Shown: positions 46,675 to 56,244 of the stretch, piece by piece
How the letters are laid out: each line of letters opens with the position of its first letter
Position numbering within the stretch: position 1 is the stretch's first letter
Assembly (NCBI GenBank): GCA_002304445.1
Contig: NEVA01000008.1
Span: 53,657 to 117,656, forward strand
Direction of reading: 5' to 3'
Length of the DNA stretch: 64,000 bases
Origin: Opitutia bacterium Tous-C4FEB
GTDB lineage: Bacteria > Verrucomicrobiota > Verrucomicrobiia > Opitutales > Opitutaceae
Made by a program: the position numbers and the translations under genes
Notes under the pieces: model-generated
What the model saw: only the letters and a program-made list of their open reading frames with translations
Told to the model about the DNA's origin: nothing
Database searches by the model: none

Positions 46675-47745
46675 ATGTCCAAAGCCGCTCCCGCTAAAAC
46701 TGCCACCTCTGCCTTGGCTCCCGTCGCCCACGCCCGCGAGAAAAACATCGAGCTCGCCCTCTCTTCCATCACCAAACAGTTCGGCGACGGCTCCATCATG
46801 CGTCTCGGCTCCAACGCCAAGATGAAGGTCGAGACCCTCTCCACCGGCTCCCTCGCCGTGGATCTCGCCCTCGGCGTCGGCGGCTTGCCCAAGGGCCGCA
46901 TCATCGAGATCTACGGACCTGAATCCTCCGGTAAGACCACGTTCTGTCTGAGCGTGATCGCCGAGGCCCAGAAAAAGGGTGGGCTCGCCGCCTTCATCGA
47001 CGTCGAACATGCACTCGACCCGAAATACGCCCGCGTCGTTGGGGTAAATCTCGATGACTTGCTCGTCTCCCAGCCCGATTCCGGTGAAGACGCCCTCAAC
47101 ATCATGGAGACGCTCATCCGCTCTAACTCGATCGACGTCATCGTCCTCGACTCCGTCGCCGCCCTCATCACCAAGGCCGAGCTCGACGGGCAGATGGGCG
47201 ACATGACCATGGGAAGCCAGGCCCGCCTTATGTCTCAGGCCATGCGCCGTCTCACCGCCGTCGTCAGCAAAACTAACTGCGTCTGCATCTTCACCAACCA
47301 GATCCGCGAAAAGATCGGCGTCATGTTCGGCAGCCCCGAAACCACCTCGGGCGGCCGCGCCCTCAAGTTCTTCTCGTCCGTGCGCATCGACATCCGGCGC
47401 AAGGACCAGATCAAGACTCCCGACGGCAAAGTCATCGGCAACCGGACGAAGATCAAAATCGTCAAAAACAAAGTCGCCCCGCCCTTCACCGAGGTCGAAT
47501 TCGACATCATGTATGACGAGGGCATCTCCAAGATGGGCTCGCTCATCGACCTCGGTATCGAACACAAAATCCTCGAAAAGAAAGGTGCGTGGATCGCCTA
47601 CGAGGGCGCACTCGTCGGCCAAGGCCGCGACGCCGCCAAAGCCGCCCTCAAAGAGAAGCCCGAGCTCGCCGAGAAAATCTCCAAGGCGATCATGGAAAAG
47701 GTCGTCATCACCGCCACCGGCCCCAAAGCCGACGACGACGTCTGA
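46675..47745 (+). CDS. recA: Recombinase A
   Basis: ...[25 protein letters not shown]...[15 protein letters not shown] (Walker A)...VVLDSVAAL...[29 protein letters not shown]. Confidence 0.95.
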   Translation: MSKAAPAKTATSALAPVAHAREKNIELALSSITKQFGDGSIMRLGSNAKMKVETLSTGSLAVDLALGVGGLPKGRIIEIYGPESSGKTTFCLSVIAEAQKKGGLAAFIDVEHALDPKYARVVGVNLDDLLVSQPDSGEDALNIMETLIRSNSIDVIVLDSVAALITKAELDGQMGDMTMGSQARLMSQAMRRLTAVVSKTNCVCIFTNQIREKIGVMFGSPETTSGGRALKFFSSVRIDIRRKDQIKTPDGKVIGNRTKIKIVKNKVAPPFTEVEFDIMYDEGISKMGSLIDLGIEHKILEKKGAWIAYEGALVGQGRDAAKAALKEKPELAEKISKAIMEKVVITATGPKADDDV

Positions 47746-47786
47746 AGTTCCCCGTGACGCGGCCTTTAGCCGTTAACAGTCCGGTA

Positions 47787-47815
47787 GGGCAGGTCTCCGA
47801 CCTGCCCTTTTTATT
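47787..47815 (+). terminator. Rho-independent terminator of recA
   Basis: GGGCAGGTC / tcc / GACCTGCCC is a perfect 9-bp stem, followed by TTTTTATT. Confidence 0.85.
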
Positions 47816-47888
47816 GCCCACGTTTCGCCGCTGTGCTCACTTTCGCCTTACGATTCGCCCGGTCATTTACGTTGGAAAAACTAGCCCT

Positions 47889-48737
47889 ATGAACCCGCTC
47901 TCCGCTCCTTCGGTTCGATTCCTTCTTTGCCTCGGTGTGTTCACCTCGGGCCTGGCCGGTCTCACCACGAGCGTCACGGCCGCTGAACGCACCGGCTCCG
48001 CCCCCGTCTTGATGAAGGCCGCCGACCGCGTGCCTTGGACCAACCTCGCCGAGCTCGAGGCGTTCGCCGCCCGCGGTCACCTCCAAGCGTGCGCCCAACT
48101 CGGCGAACAGCTGCTGCGCGGCGACGGCGTTGCCCAAAACATCCCCCGCGCCTTGCCGCTCCTCGAACAAGCCGCCCGCGGCGGCATCGGCTCGGCGATC
48201 TTCCGCCTCGGCATGGTTTACGAAGAAGGCCAGGGCGTCACCCGCGACCGTCTCCGCGCTCTCGAGTATTTCCGCGCGGCCGCCGCCGCTGGCGAACCCG
48301 AGGGGTTCTTTAACGTCGGTGCGGCCTACGTCGGCGCCCACGGCGTGAAACGCGACTACACCGAGGGTCTCGCGTGGATTATCCTGGCCGCCAAACGCGG
48401 CGCGGGCGGCAACACCGAGCAGACCGTGCGCGACCGCATCCTCAAGTTGCGCCGCCCCGAATGGATCCGCGCGGCCGAAGCCCGCGCGCCGGCTATCGAA
48501 CGCGAACTCGCCGCCAAACCCGTTGCGGACTTTCTCCCTGCCTCTGGCGCGCTCGTGCCCCCGCGCGCCGCTGCTCCTGCCGCGCCCGCCCCCGTCATCA
48601 CCGCCCCGGTCCAAAAAGCTCCCGTCCCCGGCAAAATCCAGCCTGCCGCGCCCGCGCTCACGCTGCCCATCGCTCCTCCTCCCGCCTTCGACTTGCCACC
48701 TCCACCGCCGCCGAAAACGGCACCGTCCAAACCCTGA
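47889..48737 (+). CDS. Secreted Sel1-repeat protein with a proline-rich tail
   Basis: Signal MNPLSAPSVRFLLCLGVFTSGLAG. Repeated Sel1-like units (AC.QLGEQLLRGDGVAQN...A..LLEQAA..G...A...LG..YEEGQGV..D...A..YF..AA). The C-terminus is PPPAFDLPPPPPPK. Confidence 0.7.
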   Translation: MNPLSAPSVRFLLCLGVFTSGLAGLTTSVTAAERTGSAPVLMKAADRVPWTNLAELEAFAARGHLQACAQLGEQLLRGDGVAQNIPRALPLLEQAARGGIGSAIFRLGMVYEEGQGVTRDRLRALEYFRAAAAAGEPEGFFNVGAAYVGAHGVKRDYTEGLAWIILAAKRGAGGNTEQTVRDRILKLRRPEWIRAAEARAPAIERELAAKPVADFLPASGALVPPRAAAPAAPAPVITAPVQKAPVPGKIQPAAPALTLPIAPPPAFDLPPPPPPKTAPSKP

Positions 48738-49087
48738 GCCTCGGGCGCACGCCGGTTTTCTCTTCTTGGCGCCCTGACCGAAGGCCGCGGCGTCCTGCCA
48801 ACGCCCGGCGTTTGATTCTGCGGCCGGGACAACGCCGGCGGCCCAGGCTTGGCCAAACCCGGCTTTATCGTGCGGGGCCTCGAGGTCGCTCACGCCATCA
48901 AACACGCTCCGGCGGAGGGTCAGCCCCTCACGCCCGCGATAAAGTCCCTCCGCGCTTGAAAACGGAAAACCCGCCCGGAACGCGAGCGACTCCGCTCGGC
49001 CCGGGATGAACCTCGCCCTTGCGCCGACGAATCCTTGGCGCACGCTTTTCCCCGGCCTTCGCACCCACGCGCTGCACCGCCGTTTCC

Positions 49088-49909
49088 ATGCCACCACTGC
49101 TCTACGAATCCCACGCCCACACCACCCTCTGCAAACACGCGCACGGCACGCCATCCGAGTATGCCGCTCAAGCGGAGGCGCGCGGACTAAAGGGCATCAT
49201 CTTCACCTGTCATTGCCCGCTCCCCGACGGCCTCAGTCTTCAATACCGGATGAGCCCCGAAGAGTTTCCCGCTTACGTCGATCTCGTTGCCCGCACCCGC
49301 GAGGAATTCGCGGGCCGCGTCGATGTTCGCCTCGGCCTGGAGAGCGATTACTTGCCGGGTTTCGGCCTGGAAACTTGGCTCCGTGATCTGCACGCCCGCG
49401 TGCCGCTCCATCATGTGCTCGGTTCCGTCCACATGCAGATGATTCCCTACAAAGCCCGCTTTCTCACCGGCGACGCCTTTGCCTACCAACGCACTTATTT
49501 TGACCACGTCGCCGAGTCTGCCGAGTCCAGGCTCTTCGATACTGTGGCCCACCCCGATCTCGTGAAAAACGAGTCCCCCGCCGACTGGGATTTTTCCCGC
49601 ATCCAGCCCGACATCGAGCGCGCCCTCGACCGCATCGCCGCCACCGGCGTCGCGATGGAACTCAACACCAGCGGCCTCAACAAAACCTTCCCCGAGATGA
49701 ATCCCAGCTCCGCGATGCTCGCCCTCATGCGCGCGCGCAACATTCCGGTCGTGATCGGGGCCGATGCCCATCGCCCCGGTCGCGTCGGCGACAACTACCC
49801 CGCCGCCCTCCGTCATCTCCAGACCGCCGGTTACACCGAGGTCAGCTTCTTCCTCGACCGCCAACGCCAGAGCGTCGCCATCACCGACGCACTCGCCTCG
49901 CTGCGATAA
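49088..49909 (+). CDS. PHP-family histidinol-phosphatase (HisJ/HisK-like)
   Basis: MPPLLYESHAHTTLCKHAHG...GLESDY...LGSVH...VAHPDL...IGADAH shows PHP metal-binding His/Asp motifs. Confidence 0.7.
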   Translation: MPPLLYESHAHTTLCKHAHGTPSEYAAQAEARGLKGIIFTCHCPLPDGLSLQYRMSPEEFPAYVDLVARTREEFAGRVDVRLGLESDYLPGFGLETWLRDLHARVPLHHVLGSVHMQMIPYKARFLTGDAFAYQRTYFDHVAESAESRLFDTVAHPDLVKNESPADWDFSRIQPDIERALDRIAATGVAMELNTSGLNKTFPEMNPSSAMLALMRARNIPVVIGADAHRPGRVGDNYPAALRHLQTAGYTEVSFFLDRQRQSVAITDALASLR

Positions 49910-49930
49910 CGCGCTTCACTCGCCCGCGTC

Positions 49931-51022
49931 ATGTCCGCCCCGCGCCTCAACCTCTACGATCTCACCCGCGAGCAACTCCGCGGGCAGCTCGTGCGTTGGG
50001 AGTTGAATCCGGTGCACGTCGCGCGGCTCTGGAACTACCTCTACATCGAGCTCGCCGCCTCGCTCGACGCCATGCCCGAGCTGCCGCCCAAACTCCGCGC
50101 CCGTCTCGCCGCCGAGACGCACCTCGGCGTGTTGCCCACGGCGCTCGAGACCGCCTCTGGCGACGGCTTCACCCATAAATATCTCCTCGCGCTCTCCGAC
50201 GCCGAAAAAATCGAGACCGTGCTCATGCGCTTCACCGGCCGGGTGACCGCGTGCGTGAGCTCGCAGGTCGGCTGCGCCATGGGCTGCGTGTTCTGCGCCA
50301 CCGGCCAGATGGGCTACACCCGCCACCTCACCCCCGGCGAAATCGTCGCCCAGGCCGTGCATGTGGCGCGGGCGCTCCGGCCTTCAACGCTCAATTCTCA
50401 ACTCTCAACTCGGCGCGATCATGCGCCAGCCCGCCTCCGGAACATCGTGCTCATGGGCATGGGCGAGCCGCTCCACAACTACGACGCGGTCATGACCGCC
50501 ATCGACATTCTCCGCGACGAAACCGGCCTCGCCCTCGGCGCCGAGCGGATCACGCTCAGCACGGTCGGCGTCGTGCCGGGGATTTTGCGCCTCGCCCGGG
50601 AAATGCGCCCGCTCCACCTCGCCGTCTCGCTCCACGCCGCCACGCAGGCCGAGCGCGCCGCTCTCGTGCCCGCCGCAAAAAAGTGGCCGCTCGACGAACT
50701 TATGGCCGCCTGTCGCACCTACAGCGAGATGACCGGCCGCCGCATCTTTTACGAGTGGACGCTGATCGAGGGGAAAAACGACTCCGAAGCCCACGCCCGC
50801 GCCGTCGGCGAACTGCTGCGGGGTCTCGACGCGCAGGTTAATCTGATCCCGCTCAATCCCACGGACGGCTATGACGGCGCACCCACGCGCAGCGCGGCCG
50901 CAAATGCGTTTCAACACGTCCTCGCCACAGAGTTCAAAATCCCCAGCACCGTCCGCCAACGCCGGGGTATCGACATCGCCGCCGGCTGCGGGCAACTGGC
51001 GGTCGCCGAAAGCGCGGGTTGA
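49931..51022 (+). CDS. rlmN: 23S rRNA/tRNA (adenine-C2)-methyltransferase RlmN (radical SAM)
   Basis: SSQVGCAMGCVFCATGQMG (CxxxCxxC), VLMGMGEPLHNYD, ITLSTVG, LAVSLHA and the C-terminal GIDIAAGCGQL. It contains the in-frame heptamer-repeat insertion at 50383-50410. Confidence 0.9.
   Translation: MSAPRLNLYDLTREQLRGQLVRWELNPVHVARLWNYLYIELAASLDAMPELPPKLRARLAAETHLGVLPTALETASGDGFTHKYLLALSDAEKIETVLMRFTGRVTACVSSQVGCAMGCVFCATGQMGYTRHLTPGEIVAQAVHVARALRPSTLNSQLSTRRDHAPARLRNIVLMGMGEPLHNYDAVMTAIDILRDETGLALGAERITLSTVGVVPGILRLAREMRPLHLAVSLHAATQAERAALVPAAKKWPLDELMAACRTYSEMTGRRIFYEWTLIEGKNDSEAHARAVGELLRGLDAQVNLIPLNPTDGYDGAPTRSAAANAFQHVLATEFKIPSTVRQRRGIDIAAGCGQLAVAESAG
50383..50410 (+). repeat. Tandem heptanucleotide repeat (CTCAACT)n, 4 units, inside the rlmN coding sequence
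   Basis: Units are TTCAACG CTCAATT CTCAACT CTCAACT. Translated in the rlmN frame they read STLNSQLST. Confidence 0.85.
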
Positions 51023-51143
51023 AGCCGAAAGGGGGCGACATGCCGGCAGACTCCGGCGTGGCGATCGCCCAGAATCGCGGCTAAAGTCGTTCCCACATCA
51101 CACTCTGAATCGGAGGGCGAGTCGGAGACTCAGCCCTGCTGGC

Positions 51144-51794
51144 TTACTTCTTTAAGTCCGCGAGCGCGTCTTTGGCGATCCAGCGGGCGGAGGGGGCGGG
51201 AAGCTTGGCGATACGTTTTGCCTCGGCGACGGCCGCTTTGCGGAGCGCGGGGTTGCGCTTGCCGATTTGCCGCAGCGCCCAGCTCACCGCTTTCTTCACG
51301 TAGAGACGGTCGTCGCCCGACTCGCGCACGATGTCGGGTAAAAAGGCCAAAAATACATCGTCGGTGAGTTCTTTGCGATGGATCGCCATGCCGGCCATCA
51401 CCGCAAACCCGGCGCGTTTCATGAACTCGCCTTGGCGCGTGCTCCAGAGGTGGGCCTTGGTTGCGGCGAAGGGCGTACGGTCTACCAAAAATGCGAGCGC
51501 ATCGGTGAGCGCCCAGGTATCGCACTCGCGCACCCAGCGCTCGGACTGGTCCCGGGTCAGCCGGGCGGGATCGGCGATAAAAGTGGCGAGCAGCCGGGCG
51601 TCGTGGATGTCGGTGATCCAGAGGTCGAGCGCGAGCGGGTGATTGAGCCGATGGGCCTTGGCGAGATCGCGGAGCACGGGCACGGCAACGCCCAAGATTG
51701 GAGTCTTCGGCTCAATGCCGGAGCGTTTTTGGCCCGCAATGCCGGCCTCGCTGCCAAGCGAGCGGAGATGGGAAATGAGTTCAGGCGAGGTCAT
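51144..51794 (-). CDS. DNA alkylation repair protein (AlkD/HEAT-like repeat family)
   Basis: 216 aa from ATG 51794: ...GVAVPVLRDLAK...WITDIHDARLLATFIADP...YVKKAVSWALRQIGKRNPAL... Confidence 0.65.
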   Translation of the reverse strand: MTSPELISHLRSLGSEAGIAGQKRSGIEPKTPILGVAVPVLRDLAKAHRLNHPLALDLWITDIHDARLLATFIADPARLTRDQSERWVRECDTWALTDALAFLVDRTPFAATKAHLWSTRQGEFMKRAGFAVMAGMAIHRKELTDDVFLAFLPDIVRESGDDRLYVKKAVSWALRQIGKRNPALRKAAVAEAKRIAKLPAPSARWIAKDALADLKK

Positions 51795-51921
51795 GAGCAG
51801 GGCTAAGGGCGTTTCGGTAAAAGAACGAGTATCGTGATTATCGGGTCGCAGGCAAGAGTGTGAAATTGCCCGGAGGAAAATTCTTAAGGTCCGTCGGGCT
51901 GCTTCGGCCGCGCTGGCGGGC

Positions 51922-52980
51922 TCACCGGCGGCGCTGCCGCACGGCGGCGGCGAGGTCTTCGAAGATCGGGAGCGTGTCTTCCCATGCGAGACAAGCATCC
52001 GTGACGCTGCGCCCGTAAACGAGCGGCGCGGCTTGATAGTCCTGCGCACCGCCGAGGAGATTGCTCTCGATCATCACGGAGGAAATCGCGCGGTCGCCGG
52101 CAGCGATCTGCGCGGCGAGTTCGGCGGCGACGGCGGGTTGGCGCGCGGGGTCTTTACCGCTGTTGGCGTGCGAGCAATCCACCATGACGTGGGGCGGGAG
52201 TTGGTTTTTGGCGAGGAGCGCGGTGGCGGCGCGGATATCGGCGGCGCCGCAATTGGGCCCGCGCGAACCGCCGCGGAGGACGAGGTGGGTGTGATCGTTG
52301 CCCGTGGTGCCCATGACGGCCGGCGCGCCTTCGCGGGTGAGCGACGGGAACCAATGCGGATGCCGTGCGGAGCGGATGGCATCGATGGCGACTTGGATAT
52401 CGCCGTCGGTGCGGTTCTTGAAGCCCACGGGCATCGAGAGACCGGAGGCGAGTTCGCGGTGGATCTGGCTTTCCACCGTGCGCGCCCCGATCGCGCCCCA
52501 GGAAACGAGATCGGCGTAGTATTGGCCCAAGGTGGTATCCAGGAACTCGGTGGCGACGGGCAGGCCGCGGCCGGTGATATCGCTCAATAACCGGCGGGCG
52601 AGGCGCAGGCCTTTGTTGATCTGATAAGAGGCGTCGCGGTCGGGATCATTGATCAGGCCCTTCCAACCGACCACCGTGCGCGGTTTTTCGAAATAAACGC
52701 GCATGACGAGCAACAGTTCGGCCGCGTAAGCCGGTGCGAGGGCGGCAAGCCGGTCGGCGTAGTCGAGGGTGGCAACCGTATCGTGGACGGAGCACGGCCC
52801 GACGACCACGAGCAACCGATCATCGGCGCCCGTGACGATGGCGCCGACTTCGCGGCGCGTGCGGGCGACGAGGGCGGCGCGGGCGGCGTCGAGCGGGATT
52901 TCCTCTTCCAGGATCGCCGGCGCGAGCAGCGGTTTGGTCGCACGGATGCGGAGGTCGGCGGTGGCAGGAGGCAGAGACAT
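51922..52980 (-). CDS. aroG: 3-deoxy-7-phosphoheptulonate (DAHP) synthase, class I
   Basis: ...DDRLLVVVGPCSVHD...VMRVYFEKPRTVVGWKGLINDP...GLSMPVGFKNRTDG...MVDCSHANS. Which isozyme (aroF, aroG or aroH) cannot be determined. Confidence 0.9.
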   Translation of the reverse strand: MSLPPATADLRIRATKPLLAPAILEEEIPLDAARAALVARTRREVGAIVTGADDRLLVVVGPCSVHDTVATLDYADRLAALAPAYAAELLLVMRVYFEKPRTVVGWKGLINDPDRDASYQINKGLRLARRLLSDITGRGLPVATEFLDTTLGQYYADLVSWGAIGARTVESQIHRELASGLSMPVGFKNRTDGDIQVAIDAIRSARHPHWFPSLTREGAPAVMGTTGNDHTHLVLRGGSRGPNCGAADIRAATALLAKNQLPPHVMVDCSHANSGKDPARQPAVAAELAAQIAAGDRAISSVMIESNLLGGAQDYQAAPLVYGRSVTDACLAWEDTLPIFEDLAAAVRQRRR

Positions 52981-53068
52981 GGGCGGGGGAGCCAAAAGCA
53001 ACGCCCGTCCGGGGGCGAGTGAGGAGTGGCGGGCGCGGGTGCAAAAAACACCCGACGACCGTTCGGTT

Positions 53069-54475
53069 CTACAACCCGAGCGTCTGGCGCGCTTCCACGA
53101 CGGTCGGATTGGGCGAAAGCATCACCTCGGTCATCGCCGGCGCGAGGCCGAGGGCCTTGGCGCGGTGGAGCGTGGTGAGCCACGCCAGTGACGCGTGGGC
53201 GTTGCCCATCGCGTGGGGCGCAAATCCGTTAAACGTCGGTTCCAGCGGCGGGAGAATTTCTTTCGGCAACAGCGTCTTCTCCGCGAGAAACAACCCGAGC
53301 GCGGCCCCCAGCGTGTCGAGCCACGCGCGGGGCGAGCCCGGCACCGCATAAGGCACGCCGGCTTTTTCAGGCGTCCACTCCATGAAAAGACGGAGTTGCT
53401 CGTGGAGCTTGGCCAGCTCGGCTTCGGCGGTGGCCGGGGTCCAGCGCACGATAAACTGTTTCCGCTCCCGGAATTTCTTTATCTCCCAGATGCGCAAGAT
53501 CAGCTCGAAGTCGCCCGCTTTGTGTTGGAGCGCGCCGGTCACCACGTAGTCGAGGCCTTCGCCGTTGGGCGAATCGACGAGCTGGCGGAGGTTGTCGGTG
53601 GTCCACTCGGACTCGAAAATCACCGGTTGCTTGGCTCCGCCTCCGGCCGGTTGAAATACACCGACGGCGGCGATGGGCGCGTAGTGCGGTGAAAAATAAA
53701 ACGACTCGGCGAACCAGAGCGGCAGCGCGCGGGAGAGGCGGCCCAGTTCGTCTTCGGGCCGGGCTTGGGCGGCGAGCACATCGGGGTAAATGCCGGGCAG
53801 AGCCAGCTGGGCAAAAGCGATGCGACGGAGCCGGGAGCCTTTGGGTGGGAGAACCTTTTCCGCGAGCGGTTCGAGACCGTAGAACCAGATCGGTTTGCTG
53901 ATGCTGATGAGATCGACCTTGGCGATCGCGGGCGCGGTCGGCGCGGAACCGCCTGCCGAATCCGGGGCGCCGCCATAGGCGGGCAAGGGCGCGGCGCCGG
54001 AGACGATGAGCTCGGCGATCGCGTTGGAGAAGCCGTGGAGCCGGTCCTCGAGCTCGGGGCGATTGAGCTCGAAAAGCACGTCGAGCACATGTTGCGCGGC
54101 GTCGGCCTGCCGGAGCGCGAGGTAGGCTTGGAGAAGATTGAGGCCCGTGGCGGGGCCGTGGATCTGCGCGTCGTAGCGCGGGGCGACGAGTTCGACGATT
54201 TGGGCAACGTGTCCGGTGGAGCCGAGATCGCCGGAGATCGTGACGAGGACATCGGCGCGTTCACCGGCCGCGGCGAGAACCTCCTCATAAATGGCCAGGG
54301 CGCCGGGGAGATCCTTGGCCTCGAGTCGTTCGCGGGCGGCGGCGAGGCGCGGGAGGACGTTGCCGGCGGGGGCCGAAGGTTCGGGGGTCGTTGACGGCGC
54401 GGACGCAGCCGGCTTGGACGCAGGCGCGGAGGCAGGCGATGATTTCTTTCCAGCGAAGCGGTTGAAGAATCCCAT
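53069..54475 (-). CDS. Hypothetical protein (N-terminal amphipathic MGFFNRF, low-complexity linker, helical repeat region)
   Basis: 468 aa from ATG 54475. The track ORF extending to 55312 is a shadow extension across the rhomboid gene. I recognise no family. Confidence 0.5.
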   Translation of the reverse strand: MGFFNRFAGKKSSPASAPASKPAASAPSTTPEPSAPAGNVLPRLAAARERLEAKDLPGALAIYEEVLAAAGERADVLVTISGDLGSTGHVAQIVELVAPRYDAQIHGPATGLNLLQAYLALRQADAAQHVLDVLFELNRPELEDRLHGFSNAIAELIVSGAAPLPAYGGAPDSAGGSAPTAPAIAKVDLISISKPIWFYGLEPLAEKVLPPKGSRLRRIAFAQLALPGIYPDVLAAQARPEDELGRLSRALPLWFAESFYFSPHYAPIAAVGVFQPAGGGAKQPVIFESEWTTDNLRQLVDSPNGEGLDYVVTGALQHKAGDFELILRIWEIKKFRERKQFIVRWTPATAEAELAKLHEQLRLFMEWTPEKAGVPYAVPGSPRAWLDTLGAALGLFLAEKTLLPKEILPPLEPTFNGFAPHAMGNAHASLAWLTTLHRAKALGLAPAMTEVMLSPNPTVVEARQTLGL

Positions 54476-54516
54476 GAGCGGACAAAAGCGGTCTCTCACC
54501 CGGAGGCGAAGAGAAT

Positions 54517-55200
54517 TCAGCGCGGCCGGCCGCCAAGGAGTTTTGAGCGGAAACGCAGGCGCTGCACGTAGGTCGCGGCGAGCACGCCGGCGAGGTGGGC
54601 GAGGGGCACGGGCTGGATTCCTTCGGATGCAAATCGCGCGAACTGCGGTAAACTCACGGCAAACTCCGCCGCGATCTTCAGGATGATCAGAGCCAACACC
54701 GCCCGCCAAAACCAGCGGTCGGAGGTCGGCACGGGCCGGACCTCCGCACCTGCCACTACCACGGCGGCGGCCGCCTCGGTTTCCGCGATCCGCGCGAGCT
54801 GGGCGAACGCCAAGAACGTGAGCATCGCGGCCGTCACGCCCGAGAGCCCGCCATAGAATCCCAAGTTTGGATCGAGTCCGAAAAGCGCGACGCCGATGAT
54901 CGGCGGAGCCACGATCAGAAGCACCCTCGCCCGGCGCGGGGCCACGCGCTCCGCCCAGATGCCGGCAACCGCAAACACCGCGAGATTCCACAAAAGGTGA
55001 CTCAGCCCGAAGTGCACAAAGTGCCCCGTCCAAAGCCGCCAATATTCGCCGCGCTCCAGCGCCGCCCGATCGTAAAGCAACGACGGGGCGAGCGTCGGCG
55101 CGGCCGCCAGCCCAAGCGCCACCGCAACGACGCCAAGACTGGCCCACGGAATCGTGGCGAGTGCGGCGGGGTGACGGGAGGCGTTCGACGGTGCGGACAT
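54517..55200 (-). CDS. Rhomboid-family intramembrane serine protease (rhombosortase-like)
   Basis: GEYWRLWTGHFVHFGLSHLLWNL, then YGGLSGV (catalytic Ser), then the distal PLAHLAGVLAA (His). The protein has about 6 TM segments over 227 aa. Confidence 0.65.
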   Translation of the reverse strand: MSAPSNASRHPAALATIPWASLGVVAVALGLAAAPTLAPSLLYDRAALERGEYWRLWTGHFVHFGLSHLLWNLAVFAVAGIWAERVAPRRARVLLIVAPPIIGVALFGLDPNLGFYGGLSGVTAAMLTFLAFAQLARIAETEAAAAVVVAGAEVRPVPTSDRWFWRAVLALIILKIAAEFAVSLPQFARFASEGIQPVPLAHLAGVLAATYVQRLRFRSKLLGGRPR

Positions 55201-55439
55201 CCCTCAAACAAATCGCGCCGGAGCGTGACCCTGCAATCGTCGATTCGAGCCCGCATCCCGGGGACGTTTTGTTCTGGATTTCGCCTTTGGCGGCGCGACG
55301 TCGAACTACCACCCGATGGCTTCGGTCACAGAAGACTTTGATTTAGCCGAGCTGGAAACGCCCAAAAGAGAGGACACCGGGTTCTTCATTAGCATGGATT
55401 CGCTAAGATTCACGGTTAGCACTCTTTCCGCATCACACC

Positions 55440-56228
55440 ATGGATCACCTCACGGTCGGAGATTGTTGGAACGGCAACGCCGAGGCTTGGACGAAGCTCG
55501 CGCGCGCGGGCTATGACACCTATCGAGACCACCTGAACACGCCGGCGTTCATGGCGATGTTGCCGCCGGTCGAGGGGCTGGAGGGGCTCGATATCGGCTG
55601 CGGCGAGGGGCACAACACACGCCTGATTGCGCAGCGCGGCGCGCGGATGACGGGGTTGGACATCGCGGAGATTTTTATCCGCCACGCGCGCGAGGAGGAG
55701 CAACGCGCGCCGCTCGGGATCACGTATCACCACGCGAGTGCGGTCGAGTTGCCCTACAAGACGGCGTCGTTTGATTTCGCGGTCGGCTGCATGAGCCTGA
55801 TGGACATCCCGGAGACGGCGCAAGTGGTGGAAGAGGCGTTTCGCGTGCTGCGGCCGGGCGGGTTTTTGCAGTTTTCCATTTTGCACCCGTGCTTCAATCC
55901 TCCGCACCGGCGCAACTGCCGCGACGAACGGCAGCTCACGTTTGCGGTGGAGGTGGGAGACTATTTTTCGGAAACGCGCGGGCAGATCGACGAATGGATT
56001 TTCGGGACGGCGCCACTCGCGCTGCGGCAGCGGCTGCCGATGTTCAAGGTGCCGCGTTTCCACCGTCCGCTGGGGCAATGGATCAACCTGCTGATCGCGG
56101 CGGGTTTTGTGATTGAGTGCGTGGAAGAGCCGCGGCCGGACGATGCGACGGTGCTGGCCAACCCGAGTTTACAGGACGCGCAGGTGGTCGCGTATTTTCT
56201 GCATGTCAGGGTAAGGAAGGCGGGGTGA
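55440..56228 (+). CDS. Class I SAM-dependent methyltransferase
   Basis: GLEGLDIGCGEGHNT (motif I), LDIAE, FDFAVGCMSLMD and LRPGGFLQFS. Confidence 0.8.
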   Translation: MDHLTVGDCWNGNAEAWTKLARAGYDTYRDHLNTPAFMAMLPPVEGLEGLDIGCGEGHNTRLIAQRGARMTGLDIAEIFIRHAREEEQRAPLGITYHHASAVELPYKTASFDFAVGCMSLMDIPETAQVVEEAFRVLRPGGFLQFSILHPCFNPPHRRNCRDERQLTFAVEVGDYFSETRGQIDEWIFGTAPLALRQRLPMFKVPRFHRPLGQWINLLIAAGFVIECVEEPRPDDATVLANPSLQDAQVVAYFLHVRVRKAG

Positions 56229-56244
56229 GGCTTGAGGCCGAGAA

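Noticed and set aside
47912-47922. GGTTCGATTCC, a perfect tRNA T-loop consensus.
   Set aside because: The flanking bases cannot form a T-stem or an acceptor stem. The sequence lies inside the signal-peptide coding region of the Sel1 gene. It is a coincidence.
48816-48959. A 47-codon open frame (..NAGGPGLAKPGFIVRGLEVAHAIKHAPAEGQPLTPAIKSLRA) in the Sel1-hisK spacer. It faintly resembles the C-terminus of a cyclophilin-type PPIase and could be a gene remnant.
   Set aside because: It has no start codon. The similarity is only a loose pattern over about 30 residues, and the upstream frames show nothing cyclophilin-like. Not supportable without a tblastx search.
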